Of a DNA stretch of 64,000 nt, positions 38,051 to 48,962 are shown piece after piece. Made by a program: the position numbers and the translations under genes. The notes below the pieces were generated by a model. It was given only the letters and a program-made list of their open reading frames with translations, had not been told where the DNA came from and did not search any database. Within the stretch, counting starts at the first letter, position 1; each line of letters opens with the position of its first letter. Origin of the DNA: Candidatus Eiseniibacteriota bacterium (GTDB taxonomy: Bacteria > Eisenbacteria > RBG-16-71-46 > CAIMUX01 > VGJL01); NCBI GenBank assembly GCA_963792585.1, contig CAWBWI010000006.1, positions 1,006,009-1,070,008 of the forward strand, given 5' to 3'.

Positions 38051-41000
38051 TCAATCCATGGTCGCCCCGCCCGTTCCCTTTCCGGCAATTCCTCCGTGCG
38101 CGCCGGCATCCCGTGGATCGATTGCAGAGATTCCACCTCGAAGTCCGATTCGCGCAGGGCCCGGATCGCATCACACGCGGCACGCGCGCCCTCGAGCGTC
38201 GTGATGCAGGCGACCCCGCGCTCGAGCGCTCGAGAGCGAATCGCGCGCTCGTCGAACATCGACGCCCGGCCAAGGGGCGTGTTGATGACGAGATCGCATT
38301 CCCCCAGACGAATCCGGTCGGCGATGTTGCGGGTGCCCCTCGTTCACCTTGAAAACCATCCCGCATGGGATTCCGCACGCCTCGAGCCAGGCGGCCGTGC
38401 CTCGCGTCGCTATGAGCCGGAACCCCATTCCGGAAAGGGAAGCGGCGATATCCTGCAATCCGCGCTTGTCCGCCTCGTTCACGCTTAGGAAGACGGTCCC
38501 CTCGACCGGCAGGCGGATGCCCGCCGCCATGCACGCTTTTGCGAACGCGGGGCCGAAGCCGTCGCCGATCCCGAGGACCTCGCCCGTCGAGCGCATTTCC
38601 GGCCCGAGGATCGTGTCGTTGTCCGGAAAGCGGCGAAACGGGAAGACCGGCATCTTGACGAACGACCGGGGAGGACGCGGCTCGGCGGGCAGGCCCAGAC
38701 TCTCGACCGTGGCGCCGAGGAGCAACCGCGTGGCGAGGCCCGCGAGCGGCAACCCGATCGCCCGGCTCACGAAGGGGATCGTGCGCGAGGCGCGCGGGTT
38801 CGCCTCGAGGACGTAGATGCGGCCATTTGAAATTGCGAACTGGATATTGAGCAGACCCACCACGCCGAGCGCGACGCCGAGCTTCTCGGTCGCCTCACGG
38901 ATTCCCGCGAGCAGCTCGGGGGCGATTCGATCGGGTGGCAGCACAGACGTCGAGTCGCCTGAGTGGATCCCCGCCATTTCGACATGCTGCTGGATCCCGG
39001 CGATCCAGACCGTCGCGCCGTCGCAGAGGGCATCGACATCGACCTCGGTGGCCGCCTCGAGGAACCGGTCGAGGAACAGAGGATGCTCCGCATCGACCCA
39101 AGCGGTCCTGTCGAGGTAGCCCGTGAGCGACGGCTCGTCGTAGACGCGGATCATCCGCTGTCCGCCGAGCACGTACGAGGGACGGACCATCAGCGGGAAA
39201 CCGATTTGGGCGGCGAGCTCGATCACCTCCTCGCGCGTGCGCGCGATCCCGTGCTCGGGGACGGGGATGGCGAGTTCGCTGCGCGAGGCGCGCCGAAGCG
39301 GAGCCGGTCCTCGGCGAGATCGATCGAGTCGGCCGACGTGCCGAGGACGGGAACGCCCGCTTCCTCGAGCGGCGCGCGCGAGAGCGAGCGGCGTCTGGCC
39401 GCCGAACTGGAGGATCACCCCCTCGGGCTTCTCCCGCTCGACGACCTCGAGAACGTCCTCGGCGGTGAGCGGCTCGAAGTAGAGACGGTCGGACGTGTCG
39501 TAGTCGGTCGAGACCGTCTCGGGGTTGCAGTTCATGAGGATCGACTCGATCCCCTCCTCGCGCAGGGCGGCCGCCGCCTCGCAGGCGCAGGCGTCGAACT
39601 CGATCCCCTGACCGATCCGGATCGGTCCCCCTCCGAGGACGAGCGACCTTGCGCCGCTCCGTCGGGTGCGCCTCGCAGCGGCTCTCCCAGGTCGAGAAGA
39701 GGTAGGGCGTGTGCGACTCGAACTCCCCGGCGCAGGTGTCGATCCGCTGGTAGACCGGACGGATCCCGAGCAGGCCCCGCGTCGCGCGAACTTCCTCCTC
39801 GCTCTCACCGACGAGAGCCGCGATCCGAGCGATCCGAGAACCCTTCCCGCTTCGCTTGAAGGAGGAACTCGCGCGGCATCCCGCGGAGGGCGTGCGCCGC
39901 GATCTCCTCCTCGAGGGCGAGGATCAGCGCGGATCTGGTGCAGGAACCAGGGATCGATCGCGGTCGAGTGCGCGACCGCGTCGACCGAGGCCCCGCGGCG
40001 CAGCGCCTCGGCAACGGCGAGCAGGCGCTCGGGACCGGGCTGGGTCAAGTGCGGTCTCGAGATCCTCGTCTCCGGTCCATGGGTCGAACCCCGCGAGCCC
40101 GACTCCAGGGAACGCAGTCCCTTCTGGATCGCCTCGCGGAAGGTGCGACCGATCGCCATCACCTCGCCGACCGAGCGCATCTCAGTCGAGAGATCGGGCG
40201 TGCGTGCCGGGGAACTTCTCGAAGTTCCAACGCGGGATCTTGACGACGACGTAGTCCAGAGCCGGCTCGAAGCAGGCCCTCGTCTTGCGCGTGATGTCGT
40301 TCGCGATCTCGGCGAGGTCGTAGCCGAGCGCCAGACGCGTTGCGATCTTGGCGATCGGAAATCCGGTCGCCTTGCTGGCGAGGGCGGAGGAGCGCGAGAC
40401 GCGGGGGTTCATCTCGATCACGACGCGGCGGCGCGTCTGCGGATGGACGGCGAACTGGATGTTGCTGCCGCCCGTCTCCACCCCGACGATCCGGATCACG
40501 CGGAACGCATCGTCCCGCATCGCCTGCAGCTCGCGGTCGGTCAGGGTCATCGCGGGGGCGACGGTGATCGAGTCACCCGTGTGGATCCCCATCGGATCCA
40601 GGTTCTCGATCGAGCAGACGACGACCGCCTGGTCCGACCGGTCGCGCATCACCTCGAGCTCGAACTCCTTCCAGCCGAGGAGCGACTCCTCGATCAGGAC
40701 CTCGCCCGACCGGCGAAAGCTCGATTCCACGGCGGACGATCCGGCGGAACTACTCGATGTCGTGCGCCACACCGCTTCCCGGTCCCTCCGAGCGTGAAGG
40801 AGGGACGGATGATCGCGGGAAGTCCGGTCGCCCGGAGGGTCTCCTCGGCTTCCTCGACGTCTTGCAGGTTCGGCCGCTTCGGAACATCCAGCCCGCCGTC
40901 CCGCATCGCCTTGCGGAAGGCGCTCGCGATCCTCGGCCAGGCGGAGCGCGTCGATCGAGGCGCCCGAGCAGCCGCACGCCGTATCGCTCCCAGAGCCCGT

Positions 41001-41317
41001 TCGTCGGCAAGGGCGACGGCGAGGTTCAGGGCGGTCTGGCCGCCGACGGTCGCGAGGACAGGCGTCGGGACGCTCCCTCGCGACGACCTTCTCGACGTAC
41101 TCGGGCGTGAGCGGCTCGATGTAGGTCGCATCGGCAAGGCCGGGATCGGTCATGATCGTCGCCGGGTTCGAGTTGACGAGGATCACCCGGCATCCCTTCC
41201 TCGCGGAGCGCCTTCACCGCCTGCGTTCCCGAGTAGTCGAACTCGCATCCCTGCCCGATCACGATCGGGCCCGGACCCGAGGACGAGGACCGAGCGTGAT
41301 CCCGCCCTACGGGGCAC
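37984..41317 (-). CDS. carB: Carbamoyl-phosphate synthase large subunit (multiple apparent frameshifts)
   Basis: Fragments across frames: [96 protein letters not shown]. The 3' end is uncertain. Confidence 0.85.
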
Positions 41318-41319
41318 CA

Positions 41320-42434
41320 GGCGGCCCCTCCGTGTCGCCGCGCGAACGAAGTGCGTCGAAAATCTCGCACGAGTCTCGTGCGGGCCGGGCGCTCCCTCCG
41401 GATGGAACTGGTACGGACCAGAGGCGCCGCGTCGTGATCGGCGAATCCCTCGATCGTGCCGTCGTTTACGTTCGATGGGTGAGCTCGACCGTCGCGGGGA
41501 TCCGGAGATGCCTCGACCGCGTAGTTGTGGTTCTGAGCGGTGATCGACACATGCCCCGTGCGGAGGTCCTTCACGGGATGGTTTCGCGCCGTGGTGGCCG
41601 AACGGGAGCGGTGCGTGACCGGCCGCCGAGCGCAAGGCCGGCCAGCTGGTGGCCGAGGCAGATCGCGAGCGTCGGGTAGCGATCGATGCAGTGGCGCACC
41701 GTTCCGAGCAGCGGCGATCGAGCGTCTCGCGGATCGCCGGGTCCGTTCGAGAGGACGACGCCGTCCGGCCGCAGATCGTCGATCGCCGCCGCATCGGCCT
41801 CGCCGGAAGGATCGTAAGCGTGCAACCGCGACGCGCCAGTTCGTCGACGATCGATCGTCTTGACGCCGATAGTCGATACGGCGAGGTGCGGCGACACGCG
41901 GGCCCGTTCGGCGCATGCTGTCGCGCGTTTCGATCCGTGGACCCACGGTTGGCGGCACGTCACCTCGGAGACGAGGTCGCGCTCGGACATCGAGGGAATC
42001 TGGCGCGCGCGGGCGACCGCTTCGTCCGGATCCTCGATGCCGGTCGTGAAGTAGCCGCGCATCACGCCGCCGCGCGCAGGTGGAGCGTGAGCGCGCGCGT
42101 GTCGACGTCCGTCATGCCGCGAAGGCGGTGCGCCGCACGAACTGACGGAGAGTCTCGACCGACCCCGGATGGGACGGCGTCTCGCAGAGATCGCGGCAGA
42201 TCGACCCCCGCGGCCCACGCCACGTCGATTCCTGGTCTCCGTCGTGGATTCCATAGTTGCCGATGTGCGGAGCGGTGAAGACGACGATCTGGCCGCGATA
42301 GGAGGGGTCGCTCAGGACTTCCTGATAGCCTGTCATCGCCGTGCAGAAGACGACCTCGCCGCCGATCTCGTTGGGATCACCGAAGGAGGTGCCGTAGAAG
42401 AGACGGCCGTCCTCCAGCGCGAGCAAGGCTGCAT
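41320..42434 (-). CDS. carA: Carbamoyl-phosphate synthase small subunit (multiple apparent frameshifts)
   Basis: [63 protein letters not shown]. Confidence 0.85.
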
Positions 42435-42572
42435 GGCGCCTCCGCGTGGCTCGGCGGGTAGAACGTATCCGCCGCGACGTCCTGGAAACCCGCGGCGGTC
42501 ATGGATAACCGAGCCTGTAGGAGCATACGTAGACGCAGAGTATTCCGCAAGATGGAATGATCGTTCGGGCGT

Positions 42573-43990
42573 CTATCCCTTATTCGCCGACTCGATGAAT
42601 CGCGCGATCGTCCTCGACGACCTCGCGGACGCGCAGCGGCCCGAGCCATCGCTCCGGGATCGACGCGGGACCCTGCCGCGCTCCGAGGATCGCGCCCGCG
42701 ATCGCGGCATGCGTGTCGGCATCCCCTCCGCGGTGGACCAGGTCGAGGAGGACCTCCTCGAGGCGCCGCTTCCTGCCGCGATGCCCAGAACGCGGAGCGG
42801 AGCGTGTGGAGCGAGTGTCCTCGCTCGTGGCCGTTCCATTCCGGTCCGCCGGGATTCCAACCCTCCGCGACGGAGTCGAGTGCGGCCGAGACGCGATCGT
42901 CCCATGCCGTGGAGCGCGCGGCCTCGAGGGGATCGGCGCCGCGGAGGGCGGCGGCGACTCCGTCGGCCACCGCGACGGCGCAACCGAGATCGACGGGGGC
43001 CGGGTGGGTCATCGCGGAGGCGGCGATTGCCGAAGTGCGGCGGAGGTCGTCGTCCCGGGACAGGGCGATGCCGACAGCGGCGGCGCGACTCAGAGCGGCG
43101 TTGAATTCGGGCCGGCGGTGCGCCCTCTCCCAGGCGGCGCGGGCGGCGGCAACGGGCGACTGCTCGAGGTAGTCGGAAAGGATGCCGCGGGTCAGGTGGC
43201 CGAAATCCCGCGGGCGGCCGAGCGCCCAGCGGGCGAGCGCCTGGCCGAGGCGCGTGCGGTCGTCCGCAGTGTGGACCGTGCGGCCGTCGGCGAACTCGCG
43301 GAACCAGAGGAGCGCGAGGGTGGTCTCGCGGGTCGGATGGCCGGGGCCCCACCCGCGACCGCTCACGTAGTCACGAAAGGGGCCGTGGATGCGGGCGATC
43401 TTCTCGGCGGGCCAGTTCTCGACGGGCGCGCCGAGGGCGTCGCCGACGGCGAGGCCGAGCAGCGCGCCGCGGAGCTTGTCTGCGGTGGGCGCCGATACCG
43501 GCGCAAGGCCTTGGGCCGGTTCCGTGGTGCCCGCTCCCCTTCGCAGCGCGTCATCTCGGTCCGAGCCGGGGTCGGAATGGACGCTTCTCGGAGCGCCGCG
43601 CCCCCCTGATGTAGCGGCGCGCAGGGAAGCGTCCTTCTCCGGCCCGCCTGCGGAGCTCAACGCAGCGAGCCCCGACGCCGCGATTCGGATCGCGTCGAGC
43701 GCCCCGCCGGTCAGGACATCGATCTCCTGCACTGCGGTGCGGGCCGCATCGACGTCGGCTCCCGTATCGATCGTGCAGGTCGCGACAAGCGGCCGAAGCC
43801 CGGCCAGACGCCAGCGCCACAGCGTTCCCACGAAATCGGGGGCGAGCGTGATCCCGCCCGGCGTCAACGTCCCCCCCGCCCGGAGGAGCGCTTCGTCGAG
43901 ATCGATCCAGCGGATCGCATCGGGCAGCGCCTCGTCCGGTGCGAGACGCGAGGAGATCAGCTCGCCGCGAAGCCAGATTCCGCCGGTCAC
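42573..43990 (-). CDS. ADP-ribosylglycohydrolase family protein with N-terminal extension (frameshifts near the 3' end)
   Basis: GALLGLAVGDALGAPVE and SAMTH. GGDADTHAAIAGAILGA reads in another frame after about 42770. Confidence 0.8.
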
Positions 43991-44511
43991 CGGCGCGTCC
44001 CCCCTTCTCCCATCGGCCTGAACAACTCGATCTCATCCCGCAGGGGTATCCCGTCCATACCGATCATCGGAATCGACGGCTTCAGCGCCCGCGAACGCTC
44101 GATCGCTCCGGCGTGGATGCGCCGCAGCAACCAACCCCGCTTCTGATAGAAGCCGATCGCGCGGAGGTTGTCGTTCGTCGTGACGAGCCATCCCTCGCGG
44201 CAACCGGCATTGCTGGCGGCGCGCTCCGCCGCCCGCAGCAGGCGCGTGCCGATGCCCCGGCCCTCGCGGAGGCTGTTCAGGGAGATGACCTCGCAACGCG
44301 CGCCCAGGATCCGGTAGGTCAGGAGTCCGACAATCCGCCCGCGCGCGACGGCGACGAATCCGGGGTAAGCGTGGGCCGGATGGACGCGCCCGCGCGTCAC
44401 CACGTCCCCGGAACCCCACGAGGCGGTGAGAATCCGCAACACCACCGGCCGATCGGCCTCACGAATAGCGCGGATGCGAATCGCCTCGGAAGCGGACGAC
44501 GTTGTCATCAT
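43987..44511 (-). CDS. GNAT N-acetyltransferase
   Basis: REGRGIGTRLL, TTNDNLRAIGFYQKRGW, IPLRDEIE. Confidence 0.9.
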   Translation of the reverse strand: MMTTSSASEAIRIRAIREADRPVVLRILTASWGSGDVVTRGRVHPAHAYPGFVAVARGRIVGLLTYRILGARCEVISLNSLREGRGIGTRLLRAAERAASNAGCREGWLVTTNDNLRAIGFYQKRGWLLRRIHAGAIERSRALKPSIPMIGMDGIPLRDEIELFRPMGEGGTRR

Positions 44512-44610
44512 CGCCGTAGCCTAGGAACGGGGAGGGGCCACGTCAACGTCCCCCCGCGGAACTCGGGGCTGTCGCGATCCGAGGCGGGCGATTCTTCTAT
44601 GCGGGGCGCG

Positions 44611-45374
44611 CTATTCCTCGGGCTCCGTGCAGTTCACGTCGACGAACTTCGTGGCCGTGGCCTCGTCGCCCGCGATCGTGGCGCGCGCACTGACCTTGGC
44701 TCCCGGCCTGTAGGAGCCGCCCGGCCCGACGACGACCGATCCGGTCGGGCAATCGTACGAATTCGTGGTGAATGTGAACGTGTCCGAGAGCATCGAACCC
44801 ACGGGGATCGTGACGTGCGCCTCCGGGAAGCCCCCGGTCGCCCCGTCCTCCCATTCCACGGTCAGGTCGACGAGCACCGCCGCCGACACCGGGCTCGGCG
44901 TACGTACCTGGCCTTGCGCGGTCGCTCCGCCGTCGATCTCGTCTGCGTTCATCGTGATCGTGATTGATGGCGGCGGGATCACGAAGCTCGCGAGAGCGGT
45001 CGACGTGGCGGCGTCGCCCATCCGCTGGTAGTCGAGCTTCCAGGTCAGATCGATCCGATCGTTCCCGCGGAAGGACGCGGTTCCTCCGAGCGGGTGGAGG
45101 ATTTGCACGCTCTTGAGATCCCCGACGGAGTTGACCACGACATCATGACCCGCGTCGGGCTGATTCGTCTCCCGCGGGGTGTAGACGTAGCGGGCGGTCG
45201 TCGTTCCTTGAGAGGCCCCCAGATACCGGTGGATCTTCGCCTGCGCCTCGAACTGCGCGGTGCCGGCGGGTGGATTGGGTCGATCGATCTTGCTGATGGT
45301 GGCCCCGCATCCGGAGAGCAGAACTCCTCCCAGAGGACGATCGGACCAAGGCCGAAACTGTTCGCGACTTTCAA
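44611..45374 (-). CDS. Hypothetical lipoprotein (probable 1-nt frameshift in the signal peptide)
   Basis: SD GGAGG before TTG 45374 (MKVANSFGLGPIVL). A one-base shift joins it to LGGVLLSGC (lipobox) in ORF 44611-45405. Beta-rich body. Confidence 0.55.
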
Positions 45375-45843
45375 TGCCCCTCCCCGTTGCGCGGCCGGCT
45401 GTCATTCGTCATTCGTGGAACCGAGATGATTCCAAACGAAACAGACGAGATAACCCCGACAACCGGCGAGCGTCAACGGAAAACTCCGGGTCCGCAGAAG
45501 TCCTCGTTCCTCGCGAGAGGGCTCCGCACGGGCATCGTCTCGGTGCCGCCGGCCGGATTCCGGCGGGCAATTCAATCTCACGAGAGTCGCACTATCTCAT
45601 TGTGTAACAATAAAGTACGCGATTGCACCGCTGCGATTCGATCCCGACCGACTCGCGCCTTCAGGTGGAGCTTTTCCGGGCCGATCCATGTATGATCGCC
45701 CGGATGAGGCAGGGACCTCGCCCACAAGCCCTCATCGATGAGATCCACCGACTTTCATTCTCAATAGAGAACCGGAACCTGGTTCCGGGCCCGTCGTACC
45801 ACTGTGCGGCGATGGGTGCTTGGATTGAAGGAGGACCCTAGAA

Positions 45844-46434
45844 GTGAAGCACGAGGCAAAGAACTTCGACCATCTCCTCGGAGCGGTCGATGGATTGAGC
45901 GATGCGCAATTGAAGGCCCACTTCGGCCTCTACCAGGGATATGTCAACAAGCTGAATGAGATCGAGGAGAAGTTGAAGACGGCCGACCCCGCAACGAGCA
46001 ACTACTCCTTCGGCGATTTCAGCGAGCTGAAGCGCCGCGAGGCGGTCGCCTTCAACGGCACCTACCTGCACCAGATGTACTTCGAGAACCTCGCCCCGAA
46101 CCGCGGCGAGATCTCCACGTCATTGAAGGGCGCCATCGACAGCGACTTCGGCTCTCAATCGGCGTTCGAGGCGAACATGAAGGGCGCGGCCGGCTCGACG
46201 CCGGGCTGGGTCCTCTTGACGCTCAGCCGCATCGACAAGAAGCTCCACAGCTACATCATGTACGAGCACCACATCGGCCTGCCCACCCATCAGGAGATCC
46301 TGCTCGCCCTCGATTGCTGGGAGCACGCCTTCATGATCGACTACGGCACGAAGAAGCCCGACTACCTCGCGGCCTTCTTCCGCAACGTCAACTGGAACGT
46401 CGTCAACGAGCGCTTCGCCAAGGCGAAGGCATAG
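45844..46434 (+). CDS. Fe/Mn superoxide dismutase family protein
   Basis: HFGLYQGYV, NGTYLHQMYFENL, DCWEHAF, FFRNVNW. SD AGGAGG. Confidence 0.9.
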   Translation: MKHEAKNFDHLLGAVDGLSDAQLKAHFGLYQGYVNKLNEIEEKLKTADPATSNYSFGDFSELKRREAVAFNGTYLHQMYFENLAPNRGEISTSLKGAIDSDFGSQSAFEANMKGAAGSTPGWVLLTLSRIDKKLHSYIMYEHHIGLPTHQEILLALDCWEHAFMIDYGTKKPDYLAAFFRNVNWNVVNERFAKAKA

Positions 46435-46536
46435 CAAACCCACGCGGCGGCACAATCGGCGCGGCAGGCGGCACGCCCGCCTGCGCCGAGCCCTGCGCCG
46501 AATTCCGATGAGTCGACCACGGGCAGCGAGGCCCGC

Positions 46537-48939
46537 TTGATGCACCTGACGCTCCACGGGCATTTCTATCAGCCGCCGCGCGAAGACCCCTGGACGGGAA
46601 AGATCCCGCTCCAGCCGAGCGCGGCGCCGTATCACGATTGGAACGAGCGGATCTCCGCCGAGTGCTACGCCCCGAATGCGCGAAGCCGCGTGCTGGACGA
46701 TCAGGGGCGAATCGAGGAAATCGTCAACAACTACGACTGGATCCATTTCGATTTCGGACCGACGTTGTTGCGGTGGCTCGAGACCGAGAATCCAACACTG
46801 TATGCCGAGATTCTGCGGGCCGACGCCCGCTCGCGTGAGCGTTTTGGCGGCCACGGGAATGCGATCGCGCAAGTCTACAACCATGTGATCCTGCCGCTCG
46901 CCAACGAACGTGACAAGCGAACCCAGGTTCTTTGGGGACTGCGCGATTTCGAGCACCGGTTCGGCCGGACGAGCGAGTCGATCTGGCTGTCGGAAACGGC
47001 GGTCGATCTCGACACGCTTCGGATCCTCATCGAGAAGGGCATTCGCTACTTGATCCTCGCTCCGCATCAGGCGAAGCGGATCCGGCCGATCGGCGGCGGC
47101 GCATGGAAGGACGTCTCGGGTGGACGGATCGATCCGCGCAGTGCCTACCGCTGGATTCAACCGGGCACCCGCGACGCGTCGAAGGGGATCGACGTCTTCT
47201 TCTACGACGGGCCTCTCTCGGTCGGGATCTCGTTCGAACACTTGCTGCGCAATGCGTCGACCTTCGCGGATCGGCTGTCCGCCGCAGCGCGCGGCGCGGC
47301 GCAGGAGGGGCTGATTCACGGCGCGACGGACGGCGAGGTCTACGGCCATCACGAACCGTTCGGCGACATGTGCCTGGGATACCTGATCGCCCGCGAAGGG
47401 CCATTACGGGGGATCCGTTTCACGAACTACGGGGCGCACCTCGACGCGCACCCGCCGCGCCATCAGGTCGACATCGACTTCGGCGAGGCGGGCGAAGGGA
47501 CATCCTGGTCATGCGCGCACGGCGTCGACCGCTGGAAGCGCGACTGCGGCTGCTCGGTCGGCGCGCCCGCCGGATGGAACCAGAAGTGGCGCGCCCCGCT
47601 GCGGCGCGGACTCGACGGGCTGCGCGATCGATTGGTCGACGTCTTCACATCCGGAACGGCCGACCTCTTGCACGACCCGTGGCGCGCACGGGACGCATAT
47701 ATCGATGTCCTGCTCGACCCGACGCGAAAGGCGTCGTTCCTCGAGACCCATGCGCGACGGCCGCTCGACGGCGCGGAGTCGCTGGCGGTTTGGCGTCTAC
47801 TCGAGTCTCAGCACAACGCGATGCTGATGTTCACCTCGTGCGCATGGTTCTTCAACGATGTCTCCGGAATCGAGGTGCAACAGAACCTCGCCTACGCCGC
47901 GCGCGCCTGCGAACTGGCGCAGCCGTACGCCCGACAGGACCTGGAAGGCGGATTGCAGGATTCGCTGATCTCCGCCAAGAGCAATATCCCCGAAGTGGGA
48001 AACGCTGCGGACGTCTTTAGGCGTTTCGTTCTGCCGATGCGCCGGCCGATGTCTCTGGTCGCCGTCGAGGCCGCCGCACTCCTCGCGGCGCGACAGAACG
48101 TCCAGCACGCGAGCAGCGCCGCCTTCGAGATCACGCCGCGCTCCTGTGCGAGCGACGCCGAGGACGGGGAGGTTCGGGGCGAAATCCTCGTGCGGGACCG
48201 AAGAACCGAGGAGACGGCCACATTCGCGTTCGAGGCGCGTCATGATCCGTCCACGCTGTTGACACTGGTCGTACGCGACCTCGCGGAGGGAGCGGAGACG
48301 ATCCGCAGGGTCGACGACTTGCCCGGGGACACGCGGCTCAAAGTCGTTCAGGCCTTGCTGTCCGATCAACGAGAGCGGGCGCATGAGCGGCTCGAGGACA
48401 TTTTTGATGCGGCGCTCCCCCTCATGGAGCGGTACCATGCCCTTGGGCTCGCCCTTCCGCCGATCTACCTGGCACTGGCCGGCGATGTGCTTCGGAGGCG
48501 CTGCGAGCAAGCGGCGGATGCGCTCGCGCGCGTCCCCATGGCGGAGATGAGCGGCGATCGTGTTCGATCATGTGCCGCGGGGCTTCAGTCGCTCGCCGCA
48601 GCGATCGGCATCTCTCCCGACATGGATCCGATCGTGAAGATCATCGATCGGACACTGGAAGACAGTCTGCGGAATACACGAGAATTCTCGAGCGAGGCGG
48701 CGCGGCAAGCCCTCGATCTCGTGGCGACCTGTGGCGCGATCGGCATACCGATCCGTCGAACAACGCTCGAAGAGAATGTTTATGCCCTGCTTGCACACAA
48801 TGAGGAAGCGATCGTAGCGAGGTTGGCCGGCCGATCGACGTCGGGATCCCCAGTCGATCCGGACGCATTGATCGCACTCGCAGAGCAGTCGAATTTGAGT
48901 CTACGCCCGTGGAAGCGGACGCCGGCGCTGTCCGCCTGA
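46537..48939 (+). CDS. GH57-related DUF3536 domain protein
   Basis: HGHFYQPPRE, WNERISAECY, FGPTLL, WLSETAVD, ATDGEVYGHH, SWSCAHG, MFTSCAWFF. Confidence 0.9.
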   Translation: MMHLTLHGHFYQPPREDPWTGKIPLQPSAAPYHDWNERISAECYAPNARSRVLDDQGRIEEIVNNYDWIHFDFGPTLLRWLETENPTLYAEILRADARSRERFGGHGNAIAQVYNHVILPLANERDKRTQVLWGLRDFEHRFGRTSESIWLSETAVDLDTLRILIEKGIRYLILAPHQAKRIRPIGGGAWKDVSGGRIDPRSAYRWIQPGTRDASKGIDVFFYDGPLSVGISFEHLLRNASTFADRLSAAARGAAQEGLIHGATDGEVYGHHEPFGDMCLGYLIAREGPLRGIRFTNYGAHLDAHPPRHQVDIDFGEAGEGTSWSCAHGVDRWKRDCGCSVGAPAGWNQKWRAPLRRGLDGLRDRLVDVFTSGTADLLHDPWRARDAYIDVLLDPTRKASFLETHARRPLDGAESLAVWRLLESQHNAMLMFTSCAWFFNDVSGIEVQQNLAYAARACELAQPYARQDLEGGLQDSLISAKSNIPEVGNAADVFRRFVLPMRRPMSLVAVEAAALLAARQNVQHASSAAFEITPRSCASDAEDGEVRGEILVRDRRTEETATFAFEARHDPSTLLTLVVRDLAEGAETIRRVDDLPGDTRLKVVQALLSDQRERAHERLEDIFDAALPLMERYHALGLALPPIYLALAGDVLRRRCEQAADALARVPMAEMSGDRVRSCAAGLQSLAAAIGISPDMDPIVKIIDRTLEDSLRNTREFSSEAARQALDLVATCGAIGIPIRRTTLEENVYALLAHNEEAIVARLAGRSTSGSPVDPDALIALAEQSNLSLRPWKRTPALSA

Positions 48940-48962
48940 CCCCAAGGAGAAGGAGCCTGTTG

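Noticed and set aside
45750..45768. Fur/PerR-like box upstream of the superoxide dismutase gene
   Set aside because: Only one half-site (TGAGAAT on the minus strand) matches, which is insufficient.
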